Origin: Trypethelium eluteriae
Lineage: Eukaryota
Assembly (NCBI GenBank): GCA_051942245.1
Contig: JAVECL010000138.1
Span: 1-45,031, forward strand
Length of the DNA stretch: 45,031 bases
Direction: 5' to 3'
A program made the position numbers and the translations under genes. The notes beneath the pieces were generated by a model, which saw nothing but the letters and a program-made list of their open reading frames with translations, did not search any database and was not told the origin of the DNA. Positions 1-11,047 of the stretch are shown piece after piece. The first letter of the stretch is position 1. Every line of letters begins with the position of its first letter.

Positions 1-320
1 TCATCATACGGCAGCCACAGGGGTAACGATGACTTATTAGCGTAATAGTAGTATTGCGAAATCGAAGCATTGCTTATTAATAAGTATCAGGGGTAAGAAA
101 AGCTTTATGGTGGAGGTTTAGTGGATGGGCTCTATAATACCTCTGAAGGAAGGCTCTCCACAATCTAGGCGATAAGGCTGCAACGCCATCGTAATTTTTT
201 AGTCAGAGACGTAGTTATTCAGGAGCTTAGAGCAATCAGACTACACAGTTTACATAGAATTGAATATATACAGACGCATTGGTGAAGTTGAAATTGCTTT
301 AAAGACAAAGTATCTATAGA

Positions 321-417
321 TTGGCTCGCCACGGAGGGTGGCTCGCGACATAGGGACGGATGTTACCCATAGTTTGGCTCGCCACTAAGGGTGGCTCGCA
401 ACACGGGGATGGACGTT
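321..417. repeat. Direct repeat, two 44-bp copies with a 53-bp period
   Basis: Copies at 321-364 and 374-417 (ttggctcgccac..agggtggctcgc.aca..ggga.gga.gtt) differ at 7 positions, 6 of them transitions. TGGCTCGC occurs four times. Confidence 0.85.
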
Positions 418-479
418 GATTGATTAAAACAACTCCAGCGACCTCCTTCAACTCAATATGTATATAATAATGAACTGAG

Positions 480-1444
480 TCACTCTGAAAGCTGTAGACC
501 GAACTTTGTTGTCATCCCTGCTTTCTCCACCAGCTTCATTAGTCGTGGCTCTATTTCCGTCTGTGGATCCCAATCCTTGGAAACAAGAATAACATTGAAA
601 AGATTCATGTCCTTTAGCAATTTTACGGACTCCTTGATCCAGTATTGATTACTTAGTATCTCAGGGCCGTCCATAGGAATCGTAAAATGTCCGCAATCTT
701 TCCAGTCTTGTTCTGCAATCTCCTCCTTTGTTGCCGCTTTCCGTCTTCGTGTCGTAGTAAACTCTTCATCATCTAGAGAGCAGTGTAGAACCTTCGCCTC
801 CGGATATACAGATCCGATGAATACATCCCATTGACTTTCTCCCTTTATCAGCTCGAGGAACTTTTTGCAGGAATGCTGCGGGACAATTTCTGAATCACCA
901 GGAATCAGAAACTCTATGACTGCTCGCTGCTCAAATTGGACGAAGTATGAGCCCGAACTACGCGTACGTCGTAGAAACTGGTAATCCGCTGGTTGGCCAG
1001 TAATGGTCAAAACACCATATTCGTGTAGTTTTAAGAGATCCGGTACAAGAGGTTCAGTTTCTGGATCAAGCGGTCCCGGGTGGTAAGGAGTGCTGTTGAT
1101 ATCTCCGCGTAGAAACTTCATATTTAGGTCGATAACATCAGAATAAGTCTCTGTACTATCCCAGAGCTCTTCAAATTTTTGCCATTCCTCCTTGGTTGTT
1201 TTACCCGCTTTAATTTCTCTTTCACTTTTCCAGCCATACCCTATTAAAGGTCAGCCTAGGTCCAGATATGTAGGATTTAGAAATTGAACATGCAGTAAAT
1301 CTTATCATTTCGGACGCTTTTTATGACCTTGTGCGAGTAAACTGGATCCTCTTCGATCGGGGGTGAAAATGGACTGTCATCACCGCTGATCATCGGTGGA
1401 GGTGAAGGTAAAGATGATACTGGACTAATTTCACCGTTAGACAT
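480..1444 (-). CDS. Hypothetical protein with an ET..L..L...G.LT..QP motif (DUF6919-like / MTHFR C-terminal-like), 2 exons
   Basis: ORF 480..1121 extends in frame to an acceptor at 1241-1243 (gctgac branch site, then TAG). Exon 1 starts at ATG 1444, with a probable GC donor (GCATGT). Motif PYHPGPLDPETEPLVPDLLKLHEYGVLTITGQP. Confidence 0.65.
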
Positions 1445-1933
1445 AATCAGAGATTTGATTTAGGGAATCGATAGTTATAATAAGAAGGTGACTAATAGGA
1501 GAGATTTTGCTGTAGAGTTCGTTTTAAGCTGAAGAGCTCCAACTCTTACACTGGTGAAGTCCTTCTTATATCCATACATGGACTATAAAAAGACAACCCC
1601 AAACCAGGCTGGTTTCGGTATCCTAGTAATAATATATCCAGAGCGTAAGCGCTGGCAGCCCTGAATGAATCACTTGGCGCTAGCACGATCTGGACAAGGA
1701 CCGATAGGGACAAGGCGTATACTAACATATGATATGTCAAATATTTTAATGTAATTAACAATTATTGGAAGAGAAGGAACAGAATGCGAACATCGTCATT
1801 AGTCAACGTCTAAGGAAGCTATCCAAAAGAAGGCGAAGGTCCAAGAAGTGATAAAAGCAGTTCATTTTCTCCTTAGAAGTCCTCTCTAAGTTAATATAAC
1901 TACTCCATGTGTATTGACTATCCTTTACAACAT

Positions 1934-2362
1934 TCATCTACTAACCCCACTTTCTAGAGCTTCTTCACCTTCGATCCTGCTTTCTCCATTGCTGGTACTC
2001 TCAGCATCGCCTGCTTCAGCAGAGTCGCTGGTGATATTCATCACTGGATCCTCAGGTTGATCATTACCAGCTCGTCGTGGTAGGGACCGAGACTGGTTCC
2101 CATCCGTTCCACTGATAGACTCAAGTTCTTGTACAATGATCGGTGGAGTCCTACAGCAGTATAATCAGCTCAGATAAACTCTCTTCTTTAAGGAAGCATG
2201 AAGATACCCAGGACTGTAGGGCGGAGGAGGGGGAGGCTCCTCCCGAGGATAATTGAGTAGTATATGGCCCAAAGTGGTACGCATCCGGGCAATCTGCTCT
2301 CGCGCAGTACTCGTTCGACCGCGTGACCTATACGGTCTACTGAAGATAAGTATCAGACACAT
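1934..2362 (-). CDS. Small hypothetical protein (poly-Pro/PPPY motif plus acidic tail); 5' end uncertain
   Basis: ORF 2165..2362 (EEPPPPPPYSP) splices GTATCT...gctgat...TAG onto an open acidic exon (TPPIIVQELE...ALESGVSR*) that ends at 1934. Confidence 0.4.
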
Positions 2363-2586
2363 ACTCGATTGGTGAGGATTGTTTAGAGATAGTAGTTGGT
2401 GTTATAAAAGATCAAACATGAAGAATATTTGTGAAGTGGGCATGGGAAGTAGCTATTTGTATAAGGTCCAGCTAAACGCCGCTGGTAGGAAACAGGTCTC
2501 TCCTTTATTAATAACATTAGGTTGTCTCAATATAGAAGACTCAAATCAGGATGGACTATTCTAAAAATAATAATCCATTGCTCTAA

Positions 2587-4286
2587 CTACCAAGGCTGGA
2601 ATTCTAACTCATGAAACTCGATCTCATCCATAATTGCTTTTCTAACTTCGCGTCGAGCCCGGTCCCGCAGCTCCGCATCGCAAGAAACTGTCCCGAAGAA
2701 TAAGACAAAGCAGTAGAGTGAAAGAGTTAAAAGCTCACCTGCGACAATAGTCCGTCCCTCAAGTCTAGATATTGCTTCTTCAAGAGATTCCTCAATGTTC
2801 ATCTCGCAGAAATGGGTTACCATACGATTATGAGACCCATCCGTATCTGATTGCTGGCCAAGTGTTCGTTGAGAAGTATCGTATAAGGTAATATTCAGTA
2901 TCTTATTCGAACAGTCAGCGTCATTGAAAACATAGAGTTGAACCCATACATGATCGTGCTTGTCGAGTTCAAGGAGATCAGTCATCCAATCGAATACCCA
3001 TTCACGCTGCCCTTGCCGATCGATTAGCATAGGCCCGGTGACACGCAATCCAGCAACTCACCGTGCTCTAACTGCCAGAATAGCTTGATTTGCTTGGTGC
3101 AAGCAGTTCCCGCCCGTCTTCGCGTTACCAACTGTTTCGCGAGAGGAACCGTCGCTGCTATACCAATTCCCGAGGCTATCAGGATGACAGTACCGTAATG
3201 TGCCAATGACTTAGGGCATCCGTATGGCCCATCAATGAGAGCATTATACCAGACGTCAGGCCGCGTTTGGAGCCGGACCTTTGCAGTTAAACCGCGTCGT
3301 GCTACGAGAAGCACGCTGATCACTCGGACGTGGCCCCGACTGTCCTCATCCCACCATGTTACCATAGACGGATGCGACTCCAGCCACGACCAAATTCCAA
3401 TTCCAGGTAGCCATATTTGTACATACTCCCCTGCCTGGATTTTCCACGGCCTCGGAAGTGAAACCTCAATTTGCGTAGCGTTCTCGCGATGCTTGACTCT
3501 GGCTTTGGGAAAGGGCCGCCCAAATACAATATTCCGATAGACGAGCCTACAGGTAGAGTAGGTCATGGTCGTTAGCAATGTTATTGCACATGCTATAATG
3601 TACGCGGCTGGTGGGGCAATTGCGTATCGGAGGTGACGCCAGATAGCGAAAAGAGCAAAGATAGCAATTCCGAGATGCAATTTGAGGAATATCTCGTACA
3701 GCCATCTACGAACTAGGGGGAGTATCGCTAGCGCAGCAATAGATATCAGAGCCTGTAGTGTGCGTTAGCAAGTATCGTTCTCCGCGAGACGGAATCGTAC
3801 GAAAAGTCCATAACGAGAGGTAGTGTCAGTCATCGAAAACGGGTGATGAGTAAGTTGTATAATCACATGGATCGCCGACTGGACACACACCATGAGCGCT
3901 GCGGAGTTGTGAAGTCGGCGCATGGCTTCTAAAGGTATTCCCAGCCATACTGCCGCAGTATGTAGATGATTCCCGAGGTATAAAGGGATGAGGTTGATAA
4001 CGGAGAGCGCGGCAGCGCGAAGACCTGCCTGGTCTGTGCTCTGCACCTGAACAACGTTGAAGACCGCCGTCCCGAGCCAGTAGAGTGTCTGAACTGCAAA
4101 CTCAAAGCGCGAAAGTGGACGCATGTACCGAGTGCGTCGAACTACAAACGGGTATACGAGCCGCTTGAGGACGAAGTGAATGACTGGTCGTGAGAGGGTT
4201 CCATCCAAGTATTGACATGATCGCCAGGCAATGAGAGTGACCAGCACTCCCCCAACAACTAGAGAGTAGACTTCTGAAAGCTCCAT
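2587..4286 (-). CDS. Ferric reductase / NADPH-oxidase-like transmembrane oxidoreductase (Starship FRE type), about 5 exons
   Basis: Joins ORFs 3765..4388, 3024..3680 and 2587..3048 through GT-AG introns (about 3800-3753, 3061-3012, and two in-frame ones). Heme His pairs LHNSAALMVCVQSAIH and LHLGIAIFALFAIWRH. FAD motif ESHPSM, IDGPYG, NADPH motif LIASGIGIA, C-terminal ELEFQP. Confidence 0.88.
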
Positions 4287-4438
4287 TGCGCGACCCGATA
4301 CAAGGCGGATGTGACGGAATATATAACCGCTGCCTTTGCCGCCGAGCCCTCCTGTCTTCTCTATATTTAACCCTCGTTGCTGTACCATTTAGGACGGCTC
4401 CGCGCCAGTTCGGTTCTTGGAACCACCCGACATTCACC
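4287..4438. promoter_or_regulatory. Probable bidirectional promoter (152 bp) between the FRE and MADS-box genes
   Basis: Divergent ATGs at 4286 (-) and 4439 (+), with TATA-like tracts aatatataa (about 4318-4327) and ctatatttaa (4361-4370) between them. Confidence 0.45.
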
Positions 4439-5162
4439 ATGACTCCTGCCGAGCAAGTTTCCAAAAGCTTTCGAAAGCGGACTAGAACCCTAGCATCCAA
4501 ATCGCAGCAGCTGCAGGAAGTGACCGGGGCAGAAGTCTTTATTATAACAAAATTTGAGGGAATTCACTACTACTTCTCCATGGGGAATGATGAGGGCTGG
4601 CCGCCCTGGGCTGAACTCGCTGACCTTCACGTGAGTTATGTTCTAAGCTGGCTAAAGGTATACTAAATTGTATGCATAGCGCAACGGAAGGCTCATACGA
4701 CTTTCTACGGAAGTGCTGGTACCTCCGATGAACCTATGTTCAAGCTGGATGGCGGACCCGACAATCGACCACCCCCAAGAATCGAGCCGGCCGCAAGACC
4801 GTCAGAGCGATGGCGATATTCCTCATACAGTCTTCGATGAGGAGGAGCAGCAGCTCGCTTTCGCAGCTCCGTCATCGCACACTGATCTCTGTTCAAGCTG
4901 GATGGGAGGACCATATATCGAACAGTTGCAAAACCACCGTCGCGGCAAAATCCAAGATGACATCAAATATACACCGCCAAAGTCTCATGAGCAAGAAGTC
5001 CCTCTCTTTGAGCGTATCCAGGATCTTCCCGATAGCTTGAAAACAACGATACTTCCGCCCGACATGGAGATTTCGCCCATTGGCGAAAGAGCACTCTCTC
5101 ATCCAGCGTTACAAATTCGGGGGGACGGTGTAAGCGGCAAAAACCCTACCAAGGGATCTTAA
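4439..5162 (+). CDS. Divergent MADS-box (SRF-TF-like) protein, 2 exons
   Basis: SFRKRTRTLASKSQQLQEVTGAEVFIITKFEGIHYYFS...WPP matches the MADS core (FxKRxxxLxxKAxELxxLTGxxV). Intron GTGAGT 4631..4679 TAG joins in frame to ORF 4713..5162. Confidence 0.75.
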
Positions 5163-5266
5163 GACGATCTACGCCTGAGAGAAGTGACAGAGAACGCCGT
5201 TTCTGGAGTGAATTCTTATTAAGCTGCAGACCTAGCTAAATGGTGAACGGAACATTTAGACAACAA

Positions 5267-6095
5267 TCAACAATATCCACTGAATAACCAAAGAAAAACA
5301 AAGACACTGGCGATGCTCAATATACCAGATCCCTGTACCCTCGCCTCTCCTTTGAAAGGCTGTGGAGCTACTGCCGAAGACGTCCAAGTGCCATTATGAG
5401 CAGAAGAGTTGATCGTCAGACCCGAGGTACCCCGCGCCCCTATTCCTGTCCGTGTCGCGACTGAAGGAAGTGGAGTAGTAGTTGACTGTCGGGCATACTC
5501 GAGGAATCGAGCAAAGTTGTCGCGAGGGTTGATCGCGAAGACCATTCCAGCATGGCAGTGTGAAATCGGCTTTGTTTGTTTGCACAAGAACCACTGTGGA
5601 TCTGTGTTTTGGACGAGGAAAAGCAACGTATTGTTTGTGGCGTTCTGAGGATTGGAATGGATGAAACCCGTATCGAATAAATTCGAAGGCGTGCAAGGCT
5701 TGTTGAGTGAGGATTGTGTCAAGGTATGGTTAAGCATAAGAAAATGGAACCTGACAATATCTCCCACTCCTGCTTCCACTAGCCGTGGATTAAAAAGGAA
5801 ATCCCCTTGAGCGCCGACAGAGACCTCATGGGTGTATTGAGGCACGGGTCCTGATACAGCCGTCCCTAAGCTAGGCGCCAAGGTTGGGGCGGGAGTGCTA
5901 GTGTCGTCGACTTCAAATCCAAATGACACGAAATCGGTAGATTGTCCAAGGCTGACACTGCTGCGCCGTTAGCTGTCACGCTCCCACCATGGATACCTAG
6001 GCAACGCACCCTCCGGTCCCATAAAGCTTAATGGGTGTACCGAGCAGCGGAAAGATGAATAAAAGGCCACAGAATCGTTTAAGTTTTATGTACAT
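5267..6095 (-). CDS. Secreted, probably GPI-anchored cupredoxin-like (extracellular Ser/Thr-rich) protein, 2 exons
   Basis: HEVSVG...FNP...AGVGDIVRFHF...NHTLTQS...WFLCKQTKPISHCHAGMVFAIN. Ser/Thr-rich stalk and hydrophobic C-terminus. A signal-peptide-like exon 1 from ATG 6095 joins through a GTGCGT...gctaac...CAG intron (about 6009-5961). Confidence 0.82.
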
Positions 6096-6825
6096 TGTTG
6101 TTGTAATAGATTGCTGAGTATTGGACATTCGAGGAAGAGCTCGGCGTGATATAGGCTCGGGACAACTATTCTTGGAACAGTCTGCCGGGGCAGGTTGGTA
6201 TGGGACTTACTATTTTGCTTGTCAACCTGACCTGTTCGGTCTACCTTGTCTTTGTGACCTTTTTTCAGAAACTGCTGACTTAACAGAGACAGTAAATTAA
6301 AACCATGCTATCCAGTTCTAGCCTAGTTCGGAATAGCCCCTCCCAAGCTTACCGCTAGCCATCTCCCGAGTGACTTGTGATGGCTGCGCCGCTTCGGCGG
6401 TTAAGAAGGTAAGTTAGAAGCAAAAAGCTGGTACAGTCAATCTCTTTTCCCTATTTTTGTTTTTATTCTTTTTTACCCGCAAGAAGCGTTTTTGTAATCT
6501 ATTTTGCAAAAAGCATTTTTGTAATCTGCGCCTTCCCCACTCCAGTCTGAACGAAATGCGACCAGCTTCCACAAAGACTCGGCTACGGCTGCAGCATTGG
6601 CTGTCAAAGATTCCTCAAATACTTATTCAGATTTTCGAGCCTAAATCAGATATCAAACATTGCGGTCAAGCACGCTCGGATGACGACCTCTCATTTGAGC
6701 AACTGGAAGATCTTCATTGGACAGAACTATAAACCTATACTATATGTAAAGTATGTGACAGACAACACCCAATGCCGCATAGCTAACATCAGTCCTGTCC
6801 AGCAGAACTGTCATACCTCGAGCTC

Positions 6826-8193
6826 CTACTCGTCTCCCGACTCGATCTCCTCTTCTGTGTTAGACCTTGGCGAAAAATACTGTAAAACCGCTTTGACGAC
6901 TTCGTCTGGAGTGACCGAGCGCGGAGGAGTTGCATATGGCGCTTTTCCTTTTCCACTGCTTGGTCGAGCAGCCGAGGTCGACTTTGCACTGGATGTGTTG
7001 GACTGGATGTTAACTTTGGCTGTGGAAGTCTTTTTTCTGTTCGCTTTGTTGTTCACAGCTTTGTTATCTGCAGAGCGTGTCTGCTCCGGGTCCTCTGGGC
7101 CCTCAATAGACGTCCATAGCTTTGCCGAATATGCTGGTACGTGACGACCGGTCAATTTAAGCTGTCTAATCTCTTCTGCTTCAATACGGCCCACTCCGAA
7201 GCACTGTTTGAAGGTGGTATTTGTCGCAAAATGGGGCTCTCCTCTAAGTTTATCTGCGGTAAACCACCAGAATGTATTTGGCTTGCCTTTTCTGATATCA
7301 TCATCTCTCCGCGAGTAGAACACAGCCCCAATTTTAATATCCTTAAGTTGTAATTGCTTATCCTGTAGATCCCTGGGATAAAGCATGAGCTTCTTAAAAT
7401 CCGGGAGGGTTTTATATTGGAAGTGTTTGCCAAATTTACTGAGAGGCACTAACTCCACAAGGTTATGCTTTTTACCATTCTTCTTGATGTTGTGGAGTAG
7501 ACAAAGTTGGTGGCCCCCAAATCCATTGCCTCTGGCTCCGATACCACGGACCGCAATTATCTTTTTCCACTTGCCAAGGTCGAACACATGGCCTGGTCTT
7601 TCTTCAAGAGTTCTGAAATTCTGGATAGTAATAGGAGCGCCGTCGTCATCGTCACTATCGTCGTCGTCATTGTCGTCGCCATCATCGTCGCCGTTGTCAT
7701 CGTCACGGTTGTCATCATTGCCAATACCGTCATCGTTGTGATTATCGACGTCGTTATGGTTAGCGATCTCGTCGTCGTTGTTGTTGTCGTTGTTGTCGTT
7801 GTCATTGCCGTCGTTATTGGCATTGCCGCTGTTGTTCCCTCCAATGTTGCCGCCGCTGACTTTGCTACTGCTTTCCTTACTCCTGCCGTTTTCATTGTCA
7901 TTACTGGACGTAGCAGGGTTGGGACGAGCGCCGCCGCTCCAACGAAGACCTTGAGTAGCGTTCTCAATGCTTTGTACTGTTCGGCCGTCGCGTTTCCGTT
8001 TTTCCCTTACGGAGTTCTCCTCCCCCATCCATGTATCCCCATTGGAGGCTTTGGGCTTCTTGGGCTTCTTGAGATTATCCATCTTTTGATTACTTTGGGT
8101 ATTCTTCTTGGGTTTTTTTGGGAGATTTGTTTGCGGACTCCCCTGGGGGTTCTTTTGTGGATTCTGTGTCTTCTGGATGATATTTGCTGACAT
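6826..8193 (-). CDS. Hypothetical protein with Lys-rich N-terminus, long Asn/Asp tract and globular basic C-terminal half
   Basis: 482-codon open frame with likely ATG at 8193 (MSANIIQK). The N/D tract is encoded by AAC/GAC/GAT triplets at about 7640-7900. Confidence 0.7.
   Translation of the reverse strand: MSANIIQKTQNPQKNPQGSPQTNLPKKPKKNTQSNQKMDNLKKPKKPKASNGDTWMGEENSVREKRKRDGRTVQSIENATQGLRWSGGARPNPATSSNDNENGRSKESSSKVSGGNIGGNNSGNANNDGNDNDNNDNNNDDEIANHNDVDNHNDDGIGNDDNRDDDNGDDDGDDNDDDDSDDDDGAPITIQNFRTLEERPGHVFDLGKWKKIIAVRGIGARGNGFGGHQLCLLHNIKKNGKKHNLVELVPLSKFGKHFQYKTLPDFKKLMLYPRDLQDKQLQLKDIKIGAVFYSRRDDDIRKGKPNTFWWFTADKLRGEPHFATNTTFKQCFGVGRIEAEEIRQLKLTGRHVPAYSAKLWTSIEGPEDPEQTRSADNKAVNNKANRKKTSTAKVNIQSNTSSAKSTSAARPSSGKGKAPYATPPRSVTPDEVVKAVLQYFSPRSNTEEEIESGDE
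7638..7860. repeat. Degenerate trinucleotide (GTC/GTT/ATC) coding low-complexity tract
   Basis: Runs such as gtcgtcgttgttgttgtcgttgttgtcgtt encode poly-N/D on the minus strand. Confidence 0.8.
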
Positions 8194-8521
8194 AGTTCCA
8201 CGCATGCAATGATGTGCGAGGTATCTTTGGATCTTCTTTCTTCTTAACGGCCTTGGAGGGAAAGGACCAAGCACTTTATAGACGTCACTGTAGATCCTTA
8301 ATTAGAAGCTGGCTAGTCAATGTCTATTTCTATCCGGTCAAGACAGAACAGGATGCTTGCTATTCGTAGACTTCTATATTTATGTCGTACCCACATAGAT
8401 CATTGTGAAGAGAAATGTATCATAATAATTACCTAACTAAATAACCCAAAGGCTGAATCCATACCTACAACTTAATTGGAGATTTGTGAAAGTTCCGGAG
8501 CTAGGTTGATTTAGTACCCGT

Positions 8522-9113
8522 TTAAGTCCATAGAAAATCTTGCTTACCTGAAGAGATGCGACGCAATATCTGATACTTCTTTCGACCCTGACAATCCTCA
8601 CATATCGACTTCAAGAGTTGCTGTCGAAGGCTCTCATTCTCAAGGATTAATTGTGAAACATCAAGGACACCATCCTGCTCTTCCACGCCTATGACGCGAC
8701 TGAGCATTGTACCAACTCTCTCGGTTGTCGTGTGAGCGTGCTCTAATTGGGCCTCAAGCTCCTCTCGGCGCTGGCGCTCAAACATAGCGTCGGAATGAGC
8801 GGAATGAAGATTTGTTCGTAGCTGCCGAGTCTCTGCCACAAAGCCGACATTTTTGGCAACCAGCTGGTTCATATCGTGGTGAAGCTTTGCGTTCTGCTCG
8901 GTGAGATACAAATTGTTCAACAACTCTGCAGCTATTTTAGATTCCAAGCCCCGGGCGTATCCATTGAAGTTTTCCTCCCGAACGAAAAATTCTCGGAGGA
9001 AGTCCCAATCGGAGCGGCGAGCACACGCACGACAATGATTGCAGACATCCTACACCCGTATCAGTACGAAATGTCGTTCCTTGGGTCGATAACCTCACCT
9101 CACTGTGCGACAT
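8522..9113 (-). CDS. Coiled-coil hypothetical protein, 2 exons
   Basis: ORF 8522..8947 extends upstream in frame to an acceptor near 9050. A 10-nt first exon (ATG at 9113, donor GTGAGG) gives a consistent phase. Heptad-like stretches LRTNLHSAHSDAMFERQRREELEAQLE and LILENESLRQQL. Confidence 0.6.
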
Positions 9114-9308
9114 CTTCGCTAGTAGAAGAGCAAAAGCTGTGACTTGAAGGCTCCTGATAAAGGAAATAGTAACCCAACAGGCAATGTTTAGATCAGGTCT
9201 TGGAATTAGATCGTTATTTGGTAAGTATACGGTAACAGGTATTTATCATTACAATAGTTTGCAATAAGAAAGGAAGTAGAACCTAGTGGGACTGAAATAG
9301 CTACACCA

Positions 9309-9890
9309 CTATAAAGCGCCCTCAAGACTTGGTCCAGTTTGGTCTTCAAAGATTTCCTGAGGTTCGACTTGTAAGCGCGCGGCTTGGACGAAAGTATCAG
9401 GGCTCCATAAATCCGGATGAGTTAGTGATGCTAAATCGGTATACAGTAGCTGCCCTTCCATGATTGGCTCGCCCACAAGGTATGGACGTTCGATCTGACT
9501 TCGACGTCTTTCAGCGACAACCTGGGATGGTAGTTGGTGCGGCACGGAGAAGGGTACCGTCGAATGCTGCCGATGAGACATCAGTACATCGATATCTCCG
9601 ATCCTCGGCCGAGGCTGTTGCGTTTGCCCAGGTGACAACCCTGCTTGGATGTGACTGCTAGAGTGCTGACTCTCCGGTTCCTTCGGGCAAAACTTGTGCT
9701 GCTGTTCGGCTGGTATCCGCAGCCATTTTCGCTTGATGCCATCTTCACTTCGCATTCGAGTTGTGTAGACAGCGTTGAACTTGATGGTAATGAATGACCA
9801 TGACCTGGATGAATATTGAGATTTTAGCTCCAGAAGTAGTTTCGTCTCAGCCGGATTCCATTTTAAACGTCCCTTTGAGGCTGTCTTCAT
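9309..9890 (-). CDS. Myb/SANT-like DNA-binding protein
   Basis: WNPAETKLLLELKSQYSSRSWSFITIKFNAVYTTRMRSEDGIKRKW has the three regularly spaced Trp residues of a Myb/SANT repeat. ATG at 9890. Confidence 0.75.
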   Translation of the reverse strand: MKTASKGRLKWNPAETKLLLELKSQYSSRSWSFITIKFNAVYTTRMRSEDGIKRKWLRIPAEQQHKFCPKEPESQHSSSHIQAGLSPGQTQQPRPRIGDIDVLMSHRQHSTVPFSVPHQLPSQVVAERRRSQIERPYLVGEPIMEGQLLYTDLASLTHPDLWSPDTFVQAARLQVEPQEIFEDQTGPSLEGAL

Positions 9891-10387
9891 TCTCAAAGAC
9901 GCGTAAGGGATGAGAACGAGATGGGGGATGGCAATGAGCTGAGAGAAAGATTGTGCGTCCGTGAGAAACCGCTTCGCATGGACTTTGAATGAGCGATCGT
10001 CTGCGCCGCAGCAGGCCCCAGCTTTCAAGCAACGCAGCGAAAGACAGTGAACTGCGAGGGATGAAAGTGTTGGTGGTCAAGAAGACGGCAGAGATGCAAC
10101 GATTGGCTTCTAGGCAGCAGTACGCAAGCGGCAAACGGTGATGCTCTTGCATGCAGGAATTAGCGTATCGAGCTAACACCCAGAAAAGGCCTAAGGGTCG
10201 GTCCACGCGCGGTAATCGGCCGTCAGCCCGTTGTAGCCGGCGACAATGCGCCGCGGCTCGAACTTGCGTGTGTCACTGACGCCGGTTGCGACTGGATAGA
10301 CGTCCTTAGGCTGAGTCTGCAAAAGATCTGGTCACACCTTATATATTACCACAGAATCTCATCCTCAAGGAGTGCCGCCTCCATAGC

Positions 10388-11022
10388 ATGGAAAGAAATG
10401 AACAATCTCCTGTTGACAAAGACCCCCACGACGACATGGTTGCTGATCTATCGTGGGCAGATCTCAGCTTCTCGAACATCGACCAGACCCCGTTTGACCA
10501 GCTTATATTCGACGGCGAATACGACGATGCAGAAACAGCCTTAATCGGTCAGACGGTAGACCCTGGTATCTTGTCAGACCATGGAAGCCAACGCCTCATG
10601 AGTACCCCGCACTTGCCCGCCATCGATCAAGCTAGTGGTGCTAGCAGAGGGGGCGGCACAGAGCCGCAAGTATTAGATGTTCCGGACTCAGAAGCGGATA
10701 TGCCGTCCGCGCAAGGTCTAACCGATCTGACAATCCCCGAGGTAACCCCGGAGTCTATGTTGGAAATGATTAGGCAGGTGCAAGTCGAGTAAGTTTGTGG
10801 TGTGTGATAGGGTGATGCTTTGGCTGACACTGCAGTAGCCAGAAGACCTATTCCGAGAAGATCACAAAGAAATTGGAGGAATGGTCGCTGTGGGCGTCGA
10901 AGACGACAAGCGACATTATGATCATAAAGGCTCGTCTTGGGATCGCTGAGGTGCAGGTACCATTTGCACAGGCCTTGTCTGAGCAGAGTGACCGACCAGC
11001 CAAAAAGAGAAAACAGATTTGA
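10388..11022 (+). CDS. Acidic hypothetical protein with C-terminal NLS-like motif, 2 exons
   Basis: ATG 10388; intron GTAAGT 10789..10835 CAG with a gctgac branch site. Exon 2 stays open to TGA 11020-11022 and ends PAKKRKQI. TATA-like ttatatatta at about 10339. Confidence 0.65.
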
Positions 11023-11047
11023 ATCAACTCCTATTCTCACTTTAGTT

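Noticed and set aside
4287..4438. Longer starts for FRE (4388) and MADS (4286) in the ORF track
   Set aside because: They would overlap each other across the TATA-containing intergenic region. ATG 4286 (-) and ATG 4439 (+) fit the domain starts better.
7385..8190. Poly-Val, poly-Ser and poly-Thr ORFs (7507..8190 +, 7385..7741 +, 7557..7967 -)
   Set aside because: These are shadow frames of the trinucleotide N/D tract in the longer minus-strand gene.
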